Assembly (NCBI GenBank): GCA_030390025.1
Contig: JASTWF010000048.1
Coordinates: 620,001 to 684,000 of the forward strand
DNA from: Squalus acanthias
Taxonomy: Eukaryota
Length of the DNA: 64,000 nt
Direction: 5' to 3'
This document shows, piece after piece, positions 22,673-34,800 of this stretch (positions are counted from its first letter, which is position 1; every line of letters starts with the position of its first letter). Position numbers and translations under genes: made by a program. A model generated the notes under the pieces. That model was not told where the DNA came from and searched no databases. It was given only the letters and a program-made list of their open reading frames with translations.

Positions 22673-22711
22673 CACAGCGATACAAAACTGCCGCAGACTG
22701 ATGCAAAAACC
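22673..22711 (+). other. 23-RSS of V6
   Basis: cacagcg + 23 nt + gcaaaaacc. Confidence 0.95.
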
Positions 22712-22789
22712 TTCTCACCTCCCACCGTGCGCTCTCGCCACCTGTGATCGAGCACCCTCTAGGCAGCTCACTGATGGAGCGAAATCATA

Positions 22790-23435
22790 TGGATTTCTAC
22801 GGCGCCTTTCACGACCTCTGGGCGACCCAAAACGCTTTACAACCATCGAAGTACGTTCTTTGTTGTGTGCTCGCCGTTGTAATGCAGGAAACTCTGCAGC
22901 CAATCTTTGCACTGGAAGCTGCCACAAACAGCAATGTGATAAAGACCAGATATCAATTTTGTGATATTAGTTGAGCGATAAATATTAGCCTGTACTTCCC
23001 CTCCGGCAGTGTCAGCACACACTCAGTACTTCCACTCCGACAGTGTGGCGCTCCCTCAGTACTGCCCCTCCGACATTGCAGCGCTCCCTCAGTACTGCAC
23101 CTCCCACAGTGCAGCGTTCCCTAAGTACCGCCCCTTGACAGTGCAGCACGTCCGCAGTACTGACCCTCTGACAGTGCAGCACTCCCTCAATACTGCTCCT
23201 CCGACAATTCAGCGCTCCCAAAGTACTGCCCCTTCGACAGTGCAGCGCCCCGTCTGTACAGTCCCTCCTACAGTGCAGCGCTCCCTCAGTACTGCCCTCC
23301 GACAATGCGGCGCTACCTCAGTACTGCACTGGGAGTATCAGCCCAGATATTTGTTCTTAAGTGTCTGGAGTGGGCCTCGAACCAACGACCATCTGACTCA
23401 GGGAAGAGAGAGCTACCAAATAAGCCACGGGTCAC
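22790..23435 (-). mobile_element. Antisense SINE with a 33-bp array (23020-23330)
   Basis: L2-like tail at ~22800, array, tRNA-like head at ~23370-23430. Confidence 0.8.
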
Positions 23436-24667
23436 ACAACTTGCACCAGTCCAACTTACATTTTGGGATAGAGTTGTGAAGTACCATTTGCGGCTGTGCT
23501 TTCAGCTGGCTTAGAACTGAGCTCTGGAATTCCCTCTTTCAACGTCTCCCACAATCTCTCCTCCTTTTAACCTACCTCTTTGATCAAGCTTTTAGACCCC
23601 TGTACTAATATGGTGCTCGGTGTCAAATTACGAACATACGAACAATGACGGCCAGATAAAGACCCTCTGGTCCATCGAGCCTATCCCACACAAATGCGAT
23701 CCCTTGCGTATCAGCATATGTATACTCCACCCCACCCGAAATCGTGTGATCCCCTGGGAGAGGCAAAAGAAAAGCAGATTTAAAAACTCAGGGCAATTTG
23801 TGGAACAAAATCTGGGAAATTTCTTTCCGGCCCAGCTAAGCAATCGAAACTAGTCCAGCAGCTCACTCTGGCTCTCAATTCCCTTCAGTAACTACCTTCT
23901 GTAAGAGGTGATCTCTGCCCCAGCAAGAAACAGGTCCAGCTTGAAAGAATTCAGCGACACCACACGAGATGTCAGCCTGCTCCAGAAGTCCACTATTCTT
24001 TAGGAAAAGGACCAGCCACTTACATTTGCGCTAGATATAGCATGATACAACTTATAATTATGACTGCTGGTCCTGCCTAACCTATTAATTGAAACAAACT
24101 CTCAACTGGAAAACAATCTATTCCCTTCATTATCTTATACACCTCAATCAGATCACCTGTAAGTCTATGCATCTCTAAAGTATAGAGTCCCAACTCTTAT
24201 AGCCTATCTTGTGAACTAAGGTGCTTTAAACTGGGAATTAGTCGAGAGCATCTCCCCTGCATCCATTCCAAAGCGTCAACATCACCTACCATGAGAGGAG
24301 ACGCAAATTGGACACAGTATTCCAAGTGCGTCCTGGCTAATGGATGAGTATGGCTCCTCATATAATCAGTTCCGCTATGGATACAGCCCAATAGTTTATT
24401 TGCTCGAGCGATCCCTTCATGGCATTGCGAATGGAGTTTGATAAAGCTCCTGTGAAGCGCATTGGGACGTTTTAATACGTCAAAGGCGCTATATAGATGG
24501 GTGTTGTTGTTGTTGTTGTTGTTATAGACTAATTCTTATCTACCGACTATTTTGGGTCCCGGCCCAAGACGAATTTCGGTATGTTTCAACACAGCAGGAG
24601 AACACGCATGCACTAACTCACATTCTGTACCGCAGATATAGCTTGAACGTGGCTGCGTCGTCTGGGA

Positions 24668-24677
24668 TATGATGTCA
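24668..24677 (+). promoter_or_regulatory. CRE-like V-beta promoter decamer of V7
   Basis: tatgatgtca ~120 bp before the ATG; resembles AGTGAYRTCA; conserved in the duplicate at 59007-59016. Confidence 0.55.
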
Positions 24678-24791
24678 CACCGGGGGCTCAGTTTCGGGTG
24701 CTCTCCTCGACGGCCGGTCAATAAGAATCGGAGGCACTTGTTGTGATAACACGATCATTGCAGCAATTAATCCGGCCACTTCGATCCAATT

Positions 24792-26361
24792 ATGCAAATA
24801 GATTTAATTTTATTTACTTTCCCTCTTTTCCTGCCGGGTAAGTATCCTGCGTTCAAGTAAGATTTTTTTAGAGCGATGTGCTCCATTAGACAGTCGATTT
24901 CACTAAACTAGCAGCATTAGATATGCGGCAGAGTGGGTACAAACTCGTCTTGGGCTATACCGCATTAACGCAGTTGAATATCAGGCGCAAAGCGAATAAC
25001 GGGCCGTTATTAGCGCCTGTTTTGCGCTATCGCCCAAGTTTAATTTCTAACCCACTGCTTAATATTTACTTGGTTAAATTATGAATTGGGGATCAATTGT
25101 TTATTTAGGAACAATATAGAAACAGGTTCACTAGAAATCATCTGCAAGTGTGGTTTTGCTACGGACATTTGTATAATAACAACAGGTATCATTTATATAG
25201 TGTCTTTATCATAGTAAAATGTCCCATGGTGCTTCACAGGAGAGTAAATCAGGCAAAATTTGATCCAAGCCACATAAGGAGCTATTATGACAGAAATAAA
25301 AGTACTATTTAAATAGCCACTGAAAAGAGGAGAGAGCGGTAGAGCGTTGGAGATGTTTAGGGAGGGAATTCCAAAGCTTGGGGTCTCGGCCGCTGGATGC
25401 ACTGCGGCCAATGGAGGGGAAAAGAGAGTAAGGGACGGACGAGTGGCCAGAATTGGAGGAGTGCAACGCTCTCGGGACTTGTAGGGCTGGAGGAGGCTAC
25501 AAAGATAGGGAAGGGGCGAAAGGCCAAGGCATGATTTGAACACAAAGGATGAGAATTTTATAATCGAGGCACTGCCGCACCAGGAACCAAAACAGGTCAG
25601 CGAGTCTGTGCTGCAGTGGGGATAGGGGAGCGGGACTTACTGTGAAATAGGATGATAATGACATATGATGTTGTTGGAAAATACTCCACATGTAACTGAC
25701 TTGCACTAGTCGCGGACCTGCTCCAGTTTACAACCAAATTCGGGCATCGATTTAAGACAGTTGACAAAAGAACCAGAGGGGAGATGAGGAGAAATTGCTT
25801 TTTTTTCATCTGAGCGAGTTTTGATGACCTGGAATCCACTGCCTGAAAGGGCGATGGAAGTAGTTTGAACAGTAACTTTCGAAAGGAAATTTGTTAAAGA
25901 CTTGAAAGGTAGAACATTGCAGGGCTATGGGTAAAGAGCAGCTGAGTGGGATTAATTGGATAGCTCTGCCAAAGCTCCGCCACAGGCAGGATGGGCCGAA
26001 TGGCCTCATTCTGTTCTGTCTGATTTCAATAATTCTCTTAATTTGTTTTGTTTTTTAGATTTAACACACGGATTGAGGACTCTTCAAAGTCCACTCACTC
26101 TGGTGATTGCAGAAGAGAAACTTGCAACAATAAGTTGCGATGAGCAGGATTCGACACCTCAATACATGCTCTGGTACCGCCAATCGGCTGGCCAGGGTCT
26201 CACGTTGATCGGATACATTCAAGTCGGTGGAACGGTTCATTACGAAGAGAAGGATCAAACCCGTTCTGAAATTACAGGAAACGGCGATAGAAACTCTAAT
26301 CTGAAGCTCCCCAGGGCCGCACCTGCAGACACGGCGGTCTATTACTGTGCGACGAGTGAAG
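24792..26361 (+). CDS. TRBV: TCR beta V segment V7, intact (leader 24792-24837, V exon 26059-26361)
   Basis: Leader MQIDLILFTFPLFLP|gtaagt; LTHGLRTLQSP..ISC..MLWYRQSAGQGLTLIGY..DTAVYYCATSE. Confidence 0.92.
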
Positions 26362-26400
26362 CACAGTGTTGCAGACTGGTTGAGCGCCCTGTCAAAAAAC
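26362..26400 (+). other. 23-RSS of V7
   Basis: cacagtg + 23 nt + tcaaaaaac. Confidence 0.9.
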
Positions 26401-26434
26401 CAGCCGCCCCGAAGAGTGTAGAAGGAACGAAAGA

Positions 26435-27510
26435 ACTTGCAATTATACAGCGCGTTTTACCACCTCAGGGCTTCACGAAGCGTTTCCCAGCCAATGACGC
26501 ACATTTTTTAAAGTGTGGTCACTGTTGTAATCTAAGGAAACACTGCCGCCAATTTTCCCACAAGAAGATCCCCACAAACTGCAATGAGCTCATGACCAGA
26601 TGATCTGTTGTTTTATTGATGTTTCATGTCACTAGGAAAAACTCACATGCTCTTCTTCCAAGAGTGTCCGTTCGATGTTTTACATCCACCTCAGAGAGAA
26701 GACGAGGCCTCGGTTGAACATCACATGCAAAATGGCACCTCTGACAGTGCAGCGCTCACTCAGTGTTGTCCCTCCGACAATGCAGCACTCCCTCAGTACT
26801 ACCTCTCTGACAGTGCAGCACTCCCTCAGTACTACATCTCAGACAGTGCAGCGCTCCCTCAGTACTACCTCTCTGACAGTGCAGCACTCCCTCAGTACTA
26901 CATCTCAGACAGTGCAGCGCTCCCTCAGTACTGCCCCTCGAACCGTGCGGCACTCCCTCAGGACTACCTCTCCAGCAGCGCAGCACTCCCTCAGTGCTGC
27001 CCCCCGACAGTGCAGTACTCCCTCAGTATTTCACCTCCGACAGTGCAACGCTCCCTCTGTACTACCTCTCCGACAGTGCAGCACTCCGTCAGTACTGCCC
27101 CTCCGACAGTGCAGCACTCCCTCAGTACTGCCTCTCTGACAGTCCAACGCTCCCTCAGTACTGACCCTCCGACAGTGCAGCATTCCCTCAGCGCTGCCCC
27201 TCCGACAGTGCGGCACTCCCTCAGTACTGCCCCTCCGACAGTGCAGCACTCCCTCAGTACTGCCCCTCCGACAGCGCAGCGCTCCCTCAGTACTGCCCCT
27301 CCGACAGTGCAGCGCTCCCTCAGTACTGCCCCTCCGACAGTGCAGCGCTCCCTCAGTACTGTCCCTCCGACAGTGCAGCACTCCCTTAGTACTGTCCCTC
27401 CAACAGTGCAGCGCTCCCTCAGTAAAGTCCCTCCGACAGTGCAGCGCTCCCTCAGCACTGCACCTCCGACAGTGCAGCTCTCCCTCAGTACTGCCCGTCC
27501 GACAGTGCAA
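26435..27510 (-). mobile_element. Antisense SINE with a 33-bp array (26740-27510)
   Basis: Same 33-bp unit; very homogeneous copies at ~27200-27500. Confidence 0.85.
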
Positions 27511-27554
27511 ATTTTTTACATGCATGTTACCAGATATCAAAGGTTTTACCTATC

Positions 27555-28365
27555 AGAAAAGAGAGACACCAGTCAGTGTATAGATATCTACCTGAGAGTG
27601 AGGGACTGAGAGACATCAGTCAGTTTAGAGCTATCTCTCTGAGGGAGAGGGACTGAGAGACATCAGTCAGTGCACAGATATCTCCCTGAGGCAGAGGGGC
27701 TAAGACACCAGTCAGTGTACAGATATCTTCCTGAGAGAGAGTGACGGAGAGACACCTATCAGAAAAGAGAGACACCAGTCAGTGTATATATATCTACCTG
27801 AGAGTGAGGGACTGAGAGACATCAGTCAGTGTACATATATCTCCCTGAGAGAGAGGGACTGAGAGACACCAGTCAGTGTACAGATATCTCCTTGAGGGAG
27901 AGGGACTGAGAGACGCCAGTCAGTGTACAGATATCTCCTTGAGAGAGAGGAACTGAGAGACGCCAGTCAGTGTGCAGATATCTCGCTGAGAGAGAGGGAC
28001 TGAGAGACAACAGTCAGTTTACAGATATCTTCCTGAGGGAGAGGTGACTGAGAAACACCAGTCAGTGTACAGATATCTTCCCGAGAGAGAGGGACTGAGA
28101 GCCACCAATCAGTGTACATATATCTCCCTGAGAGAGAGAGGGGACTGAGAGACACCAGTCAGGGTACAGATATCTCCCTGAGAGAGACAGGGGACTGAGA
28201 GACACCAGTCAGTGTACAGATATCTCCCTGAGAGAGAGGGACTGAGAGACACCAGTCATTGTACAGTTATCTTTATGAGGGAGAGGGGATTGAGAGACAC
28301 CTGTCAGTGTACAGATATCGCCCTGAGAGAGAGAGGGGACTGAGAGACGCCAGTCAGTGTATAGA
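27555..28365. repeat. ~42-bp minisatellite (gagagggactgagagacaccagtcagtgtacagatatctccctga)
   Basis: Direct tandem repeats. Confidence 0.9.
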
Positions 28366-28459
28366 AAATTCAATGCTGTTGTTGTCTTTAACAGTTCAAA
28401 GGCTGAATTCCATTCCTGCTGTGATAAACCAGGATAATGGATAGCCAATGTTCGGTTGA

Positions 28460-29070
28460 CTGTGTACAGTTCTGGTCTCCATAATAAAGAAAGGATACAG
28501 AAACACTGGAGAAGGTGCAAGAAAAATATTTCAAGCATGATTACCGTGAGATTTGTAACTATCTCTTTACTCAGGGAGTGGATATGATGTGGAACGCATT
28601 ATGATAAGTAGTTACAGTACACAGTTGTGGACAACATATTATAAAATGACATAAAGGCACTGGAGAATATCCAAAAAAAAGAATTACTGGAATGATAGCA
28701 GAACTGCGAGGGTACAACTAACAGGAAAGACTAAACAGGCTGGGGCTTACTTTCTCTAGAAAAGAGAAGGCTGAGGGCTGACCTGATAGAGGTCTTTAAA
28801 ATTATTAAAGCTTTCGATAAAGTGGAAACAGAGAGAGAGAGTGTTTTCACTTGTGGAGAAGAACAAAACTAGAGGCCATCAACATAAGATAGTCACCAAG
28901 AAATGAAATAGGGAATTCAGGAGAAACTTATTTACCCAGAGAGTGGCGAGAATGTGGAACTCGCTACCACAGGGAGTGGTTGAGGCGAATAGCATTGACG
29001 CATTGAAGGGAAATCTAGATGAACACTTTAGGGAGAAATGATCAGAAGGATATATTGATTGGGTGAGATG
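28460..29070 (+). mobile_element. CR1 LINE 3' fragments
   Basis: gacctgatagaggtctttaaaatt and ttacccagagagtggcgagaatgtggaactcgctaccacaggga CR1 3' motifs. Confidence 0.8.
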
Positions 29071-29167
29071 ATTGCCAGACAAAAGCAACGGAAGCGGAAG
29101 TAGCAGCTTGGGGTAGATGCCAGGGGAGTGAATACGAGAACAGATCATCTGCTGAACGCCTGACAGC

Positions 29168-30085
29168 ATGACCTCTACCGCTTTGGTGTGTTCCCTGTTC
29201 CTGCTTCTATTAGGTAAGTACATTCTCTGTGGCGGAGTACTTTCAGTTGTCAACTTACTTGTGGTGTCTCAAATTGTGGTTTTTCCTAACGCAGTTGCTC
29301 TGCTTTAGTTTGATAGCAGTCCGTATTCTAATAAGAAATGGGAGCATCACGCCGCAGTACCACCTCCAACTCAGGACAGACCGGAATAAAAGGAAGAAGT
29401 AACTTGCAATTCTATAGCGCCTTGCAGGAGCTCAGGATATTTAAAAGTGTTTACAACGTTTAAAGTGGTGTCACTGTTATAATGTAGGAAACGCGGCAGC
29501 CAATTTGCGCACAGCAAGCTCACACAAATAGCAATATGATAATGACCAGATCATCTGTTTTTCTTTAGTGATAGTGGTTGAGGGATAAATATTGGCCCAG
29601 GACAGGCCGAAGTTGATCCTGGAGTTTTCCTGGTCTGAATCGGTCGGTGCTACATCGGGCCATTTATTTACCCCAAAACCCATCGTTCAGTCAGCTTTTC
29701 TCGGATTTGATGAAACACTTGTCCCACATTTCTGATTTCAACTTGGCCCCTCTTTTCTATCCCCTTTCATTTTTGTTCTTCAGCCCCAGCTAGAAGTTCC
29801 ATCGTCCACCAGTGGGGGAGAAGGTTGTCCGTTGGAAAGGGTCAAGTGGTGGAAATGCACTGTTACCAGAACGACACCAGCAATTCATACATGTACTGGT
29901 ACCGGCAGTACAGCGGGGAAGGGTTGCAGCTCGTAGCGACCTCGGTATCCGGCAGCGAGCCAACACACGAGGATGGATTCAAAGAAAGATTTGAAGTAAA
30001 CAGACCCGATCGTAAGTCCTGCAGCCTGAAAATACTGAGCGTCGAGTCGACTGACACGGCGGCCTATTACTGCGCTACTGCACAG
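29168..30085 (+). CDS. TRBV: TCR beta V segment V8, intact (leader 29168-29213, V exon 29784-30085)
   Basis: Leader MTSTALVCSLFLLLL|gtaagt; PARSSIVHQW..EMHCYQND..MYWYRQ..EDGFKERFEVNRPD..DTAAYYCATAQ. Confidence 0.92.
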
Positions 30086-30124
30086 CACAGCGATTCAAAC
30101 AAGCGCAGAGCCGGTTCCAAAACT
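30086..30124 (+). other. 23-RSS of V8 (weak nonamer)
   Basis: cacagcg + 23 nt + tccaaaact. Confidence 0.8.
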
Positions 30125-30342
30125 GAATGTAACACCGAACATAAAGATGCCGGGACTCCCAGACCTATTGACGCTCGCTTAACGCGCACGACATTGCTCT
30201 GTCCGCTATGATAATGTTCATTTGTGTCAAACCAGTTAATTCCTTCCTGAAAACAGACGATAGGATATCATTATACTTGGGGTTACGAGTTTGTCTTTAC
30301 CAAAGCGGCTGTCATTTCATTTCAATCATCTTCTATCAGGCA

Positions 30343-30356
30343 CCACTAGGGGGAGC
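30343..30356 (+). promoter_or_regulatory. CTCF-like motif 3' of V8
   Basis: ccactagggggagc. Confidence 0.6.
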
Positions 30357-31662
30357 TCTGGTATAACAAGAGGAAGCCTGCATTGAAACTTGCAGACTCA
30401 CAGCAACAGAGGAACAGGAGTAGACCAGTTAGCCCCTCGAGTCTGTTACATAGCAATAGGAGTAGAACAGCTAGCCCCTCGAGCCTGTTACACAGGAATA
30501 GTAGACCAGTTAGCCCCTCGAGCCTGTTCCGCTATTCAATTCGATCATGGCTGATCTGTATCTTAACTGCACCTCCTCGACTTTGTTTCATGACCTTAAT
30601 AACTTTGCCGAACAAAAATCTATTAATATCATTTTTGACATTTTCAATTGACCCCCAGCCTCAACAGCTGCTTGGGGGAGACCGTTTCAGATTTCCACCA
30701 CCCTTTGTCTGAATAAGTGCTTCCTGACATCATCCCTGGACAGCCGAGCTCTAAGTTTAAGACTATTTTCCCTTTTTCTGGACATTCCCGTCGGAGGAAA
30801 TAATTTCTCTCTATTTGCGCATTCAAATCCTGTTTATCAAACATAAAAACCCCAAGATTTTATGCGAAAGTTAATTGAAGGTGCAAAGGCTATAGTGCAG
30901 AACAGCGCTAGTATCAAAAATATGAGAAAGTGTGAGCTAAATTAATATTATTTTTATTTTTATTCATTCTCGGGATATGGACGTCGCTGGCAAAATGTAT
31001 TGCCCATCCCTAGTTGCCCCTTGAGAAGGTGGTGGTAGGTCTTCTCTTGAACTCCTGCAATCCCGTGTGGTGAAGTTGCCCCCAGAGCGCTGTTCGGCAG
31101 GTTGTTCCAAGATTTTAACCCAGCTTCTCTGAAGGAAAGGCCGATTTATGTCCAAATTGGGATGGAGTGTGTGTGACCTGGAGGGGGACTTGGAGTTGAT
31201 GGTGTTTCCATGGGACCTGCTGTCGTGTTGGGTTATTAAAGCTTAGACACTGATTTCTAAATCTCGGGGAACCCCACAGTAGAAGCCCCACTGGACCAAA
31301 CCACTTCCATTCAGGCATAGAGATTACACCAGGGAAACGGGCTGGTCCAACGAGCCACCGCAAGTAATTTACCCGCCACGTCAAATAATGTTTCGCATCT
31401 CATTTACTTACCCTCTTTCTGCATCCTATAAAGACGTGGAAGGGATCCATAGCAGGACAGACCGCTCGACCTCGACCTTCATTCACAACAATCGTCTAGC
31501 CAACTGAGCCAGTTGCCCAACTCGCCCCATCGACCACCAGTCAGACACATACAATACAGACGGCAGGGAGCGGAACGTTTCATTTCTCATTCTGCTTTCG
31601 ACCAAGCCGTCTGAATATTATGTCATACAATAAGTGACGGTACAGAATTGAACCCTACTTCT

Positions 31663-31679
31663 CGTGATGTCATTTCCGG
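31663..31679 (+). promoter_or_regulatory. CRE-like decamer + ETS site of the V9 promoter
   Basis: cgtgatgtca-tttccgg ~75 bp before the ATG. Confidence 0.6.
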
Positions 31680-31744
31680 CTGTCGGTTTTAAATTCTGCT
31701 GCCTGAAATTTGTCCAATATCGAATTCAGCCCCCAGCCTGTAGG

Positions 31745-32680
31745 ATGCAGTTACACATTCTCTTCATTATCCTCTCGCCGCTGTTTCCATGTACGTATTC
31801 TCCGTTTATAACGATACTGGCGCTAAAATATATTTTCTGTTTTCATTCACTACTAACTCTGTCAATGGTATTCTCATGCCGTCGCATTACTTACTAACTG
31901 TTACTTAAACTGCGTACTTTAACTTGATAACAGAACGGAATATGATTGTGAATAATTTTGGCTTTATGAAATTCAATATTAAATAGTTTTATTACCTATA
32001 TTTTCGTAACTCGAATAAATAATTGTCTTTTTAACGGTAAATTGCCCCTAATTCTATGTCAATTTGCCTGTCTGAAATCGCTCGGCANNNNNNNNNNNNN
32101 NNNNNNNNNNNNNNNNNNNNNNNNNNNNNNNNNNNNNNNNNNNNNNNNNNNNNNNNNNNNNNNNNNNNNNNNNNNNNNNNNNNNNNNNNNNNNNNNNNNN
32201 NNNNNNNNNNNNNNNNNNNNNNNNNNNNNNNNNNNNNNNNNNNNNNNNNNNNNNNNNNNNNNNNNNNNNNNNNNNNNNNNNNNNNNNNNNNNNNNNNNNN
32301 NNNNNNNNNNNNNNNNNTCTATTTATCGCATGTTACATGATGCACTGAACTATGGAAACGTTCTCCTTATTTTTTAAGCTAAAACATTAGCAGAGGTGAT
32401 ACACCAATGGCCAAGTTCGGTGGCGGTGAATAAAAGTGAACCAGTAGAATTAAACTGTTACCAGAACGACAGCAGCAAGATTGTCATGCTGTGGTATCGG
32501 CAGTACGCCGGTCAGAGCCTTAACCTAATAGGCTATTCTCGTACTGGAATTCCAGCCACTTTGGAAGAAAACTTTGAGAAGGAGATCGAGATTGTAAGGC
32601 CCGAGGAGAAAAAGTGCATCCTGAAGATCTTCAAGGTGAAGGCTGCGGATAGAGCCGTGTATTACTGTGCAGCCAGTGAG
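31745..32680 (+). CDS. TRBV: TCR beta V segment V9, intact (leader 31745-31790, V exon 32379-32680; N-gap in the intron)
   Basis: Leader MQLHILFIILSPLFP|gtacgt; KTLAEVIHQWP..ELNCYQND..MLWYRQ..LIGYS..DRAVYYCAASE. Confidence 0.9.
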
Positions 32681-32719
32681 CACAGCGCTGCAGACTGCGC
32701 GAGTGCCAGTACAAAAACC
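32681..32719 (+). other. 23-RSS of V9
   Basis: cacagcg + 23 nt + acaaaaacc. Confidence 0.95.
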
Positions 32720-33411
32720 AACAGAGTGAACAACACAACTCACTGAATAAAAGAGCTGTGACAATGGCTAATGACTGCTCCATTCACCGGCCATTTCCAC
32801 CTGGTTACACACGATTCTTGCACGTTTAACAAGGGCAGAATGACAGGAAATAAGAGAATTTGCGAGGAAATGAGAGACAGAAAGAAAGAAACAATGAAAG
32901 TAGGAAAGAAAGAAGGACAGAAGGACAGAAAGAAGGAAAGAAAGGAAGAAAGACAGGTGTCTTAGAACCCCTGAAATATGCGATTCAATATCCTTGTCTA
33001 TGCTCTTTTCTTTCTGGCAATGAGGATATTAAAATTCAGTCGCTCTCAATGTTCTAGACTTGATCAACTAAAACGGATATATAACGATCTAAATAATGCA
33101 ATTCGTTAACGTCACCGCGATGAAGTGATATACAGGCAGTCAATGATTTAATATAAGATAGTTGGCTCTAAAATGTGTTCATTTTTTGGACAACACACCT
33201 CATTAATATTATTCTAAACTTTTAATATTTTCACCCAGATGCGCGTTTGCAGAGTTTTACGTTGTATTTTACAGCTGCGTTTTCCCAGGTGCTTGTAGGA
33301 AATTAGGAGCGAGCCTTAATTTCCATCGGTAATTTAGCGCAACTCCCACAACTATCGTCGCAAGTTTAACGGAAACGGTCCTTATTCTTTCCTCGTAATT
33401 CCTGTTTCCAG

Positions 33412-33701
33412 TTGGTTCATCGACCGATGCGGTTCATCAATGACTCATCGAGCGAGGATGTACCGAACTGAACTGTGAGCTGAACAGAACGCTTCGCAAT
33501 AACATGCTGTATTATCGTCAGCCCGCCGGCTAATCGTGTTAATCAGATCCATTCATTGATGAAGTGAAGCTCAGTATCTTCAGGGTTTTATGAGCGGGTT
33601 TGCTACTACGAGGACTAGGGAGAATAAGAAATCCTCCCTGATGATCGAAAGCGTAAAATACACGGATGTGGCGATGTATTTCTGTGCAGCTGCTGATGGG
33701 A
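33412..33701 (+). pseudogene. TRBV: V10: heavily decayed TCR beta V pseudogene
   Basis: Acceptor ttccag; DAVHQ*..ELNCELN..MLYYRQPAG*, frameshift, then QGF..RENKKSSLMIESVKYTDVAMYFCAAAD; RSS eroded. Confidence 0.78.
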
Positions 33702-33789
33702 TATCGTGCTTCAGAGTCAGGTGGCACTCAGAAAAATGACCTCACACAACATGCTCTAAAACTCCTGTTAATTTACAGGGAACAGCGCA

Positions 33790-34800
33790 CCGTGCACAGT
33801 TCTGGACTCCATATAGCTTGGTTAGATCATACTTGGAGCACTGTGCACAATTCTGGTCTCCATATAGCTTGGTTAGATCACACTTGGAGCACTATGCACA
33901 GTTCTGGTCTCCATATACATTGGTTAGATCACACTTGGAGCACTGTGCACAATTCTGGTCTCCATATACCTTAGTTAGACCACACGTTCCGCTCTGTGCA
34001 CAGTTGTGGTCTCCATATACTTTGATTAGATCACACTTGGAGCACTGTGCACAGTTCTGGTCACCATATACCTTGGTTAGACCACACTTGGAGTACTGTG
34101 TACAGTTCTGGACTCCATATAGCTTGGTTAGATCACACTTGGAGCACTGTGCACAGTTCTGCTATCCATATACCTTAGTTAGACCAAACTTGGCGTTCTG
34201 TGCACTGTTATGGTCTGCATATACCTTGGTTAGATCACACTTGGAGCTCTGTGCACAGTTCTGGTCACCATATACCTTTGTTAGACCACACTTGGAGCAC
34301 CGTGTGCAGTTCCGGTCTCCATATACCTTGGTAGACCACACTTGGAGCACTGTGCACTGTTCTGGTATCCATATATCTGAGTTAGACCACATGTGGAGCA
34401 CTGTCCTCAGTACTGATCTCCATATGCCTTGGTTAAACCACACTTGGAGCACTGAGTACTGTTCTGGTCTCCATATACCTTGGTTAGATCACACCTGGAC
34501 TTTTGTGCACAGTTCTGGTCTCCATTTGCCATGGTAAGACCGCACCTGGAGCTTTGTGCTCTGTTCTGTTCTCCATATAGCTTGGTTAAACACACATGGA
34601 GCACTGTGCACAGTTCTGGTCTCAATTTACCTTGGTAGACCACACTTGGAGCACTGTGCATAGTTCCGGTCTCCATATACCTTGGTTAGACCACACTTGG
34701 AGCACTGTGCACAGTTCTGGTCTCCATATACCTTGGTTAGACTACACCTGTAGCATTGTACACAGTACTGGTCTCCATATACCTTGGTTAGACCTCACTT
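33790..34800 (+). repeat. 51-bp minisatellite (~20 copies) amplified from a CR1 RT coding piece
   Basis: Unit translates as LVRSHLEHCAQFWSPYT; runs into ordinary CR1 sequence at ~34810-35030. Confidence 0.92.

Noticed and set aside
24792-24799. Ig-promoter octamer ATGCAAAT (also at 59131)
   Set aside because: It is the start of the leader coding sequence (ATG CAA AT), not an upstream element; likely coincidental
33818-34537. 239-aa Cys/His-rich repeat ORF resembling a zinc finger
   Set aside because: A 17-aa unit copied from the CR1 RT C-terminus; tandem-repeat artefact
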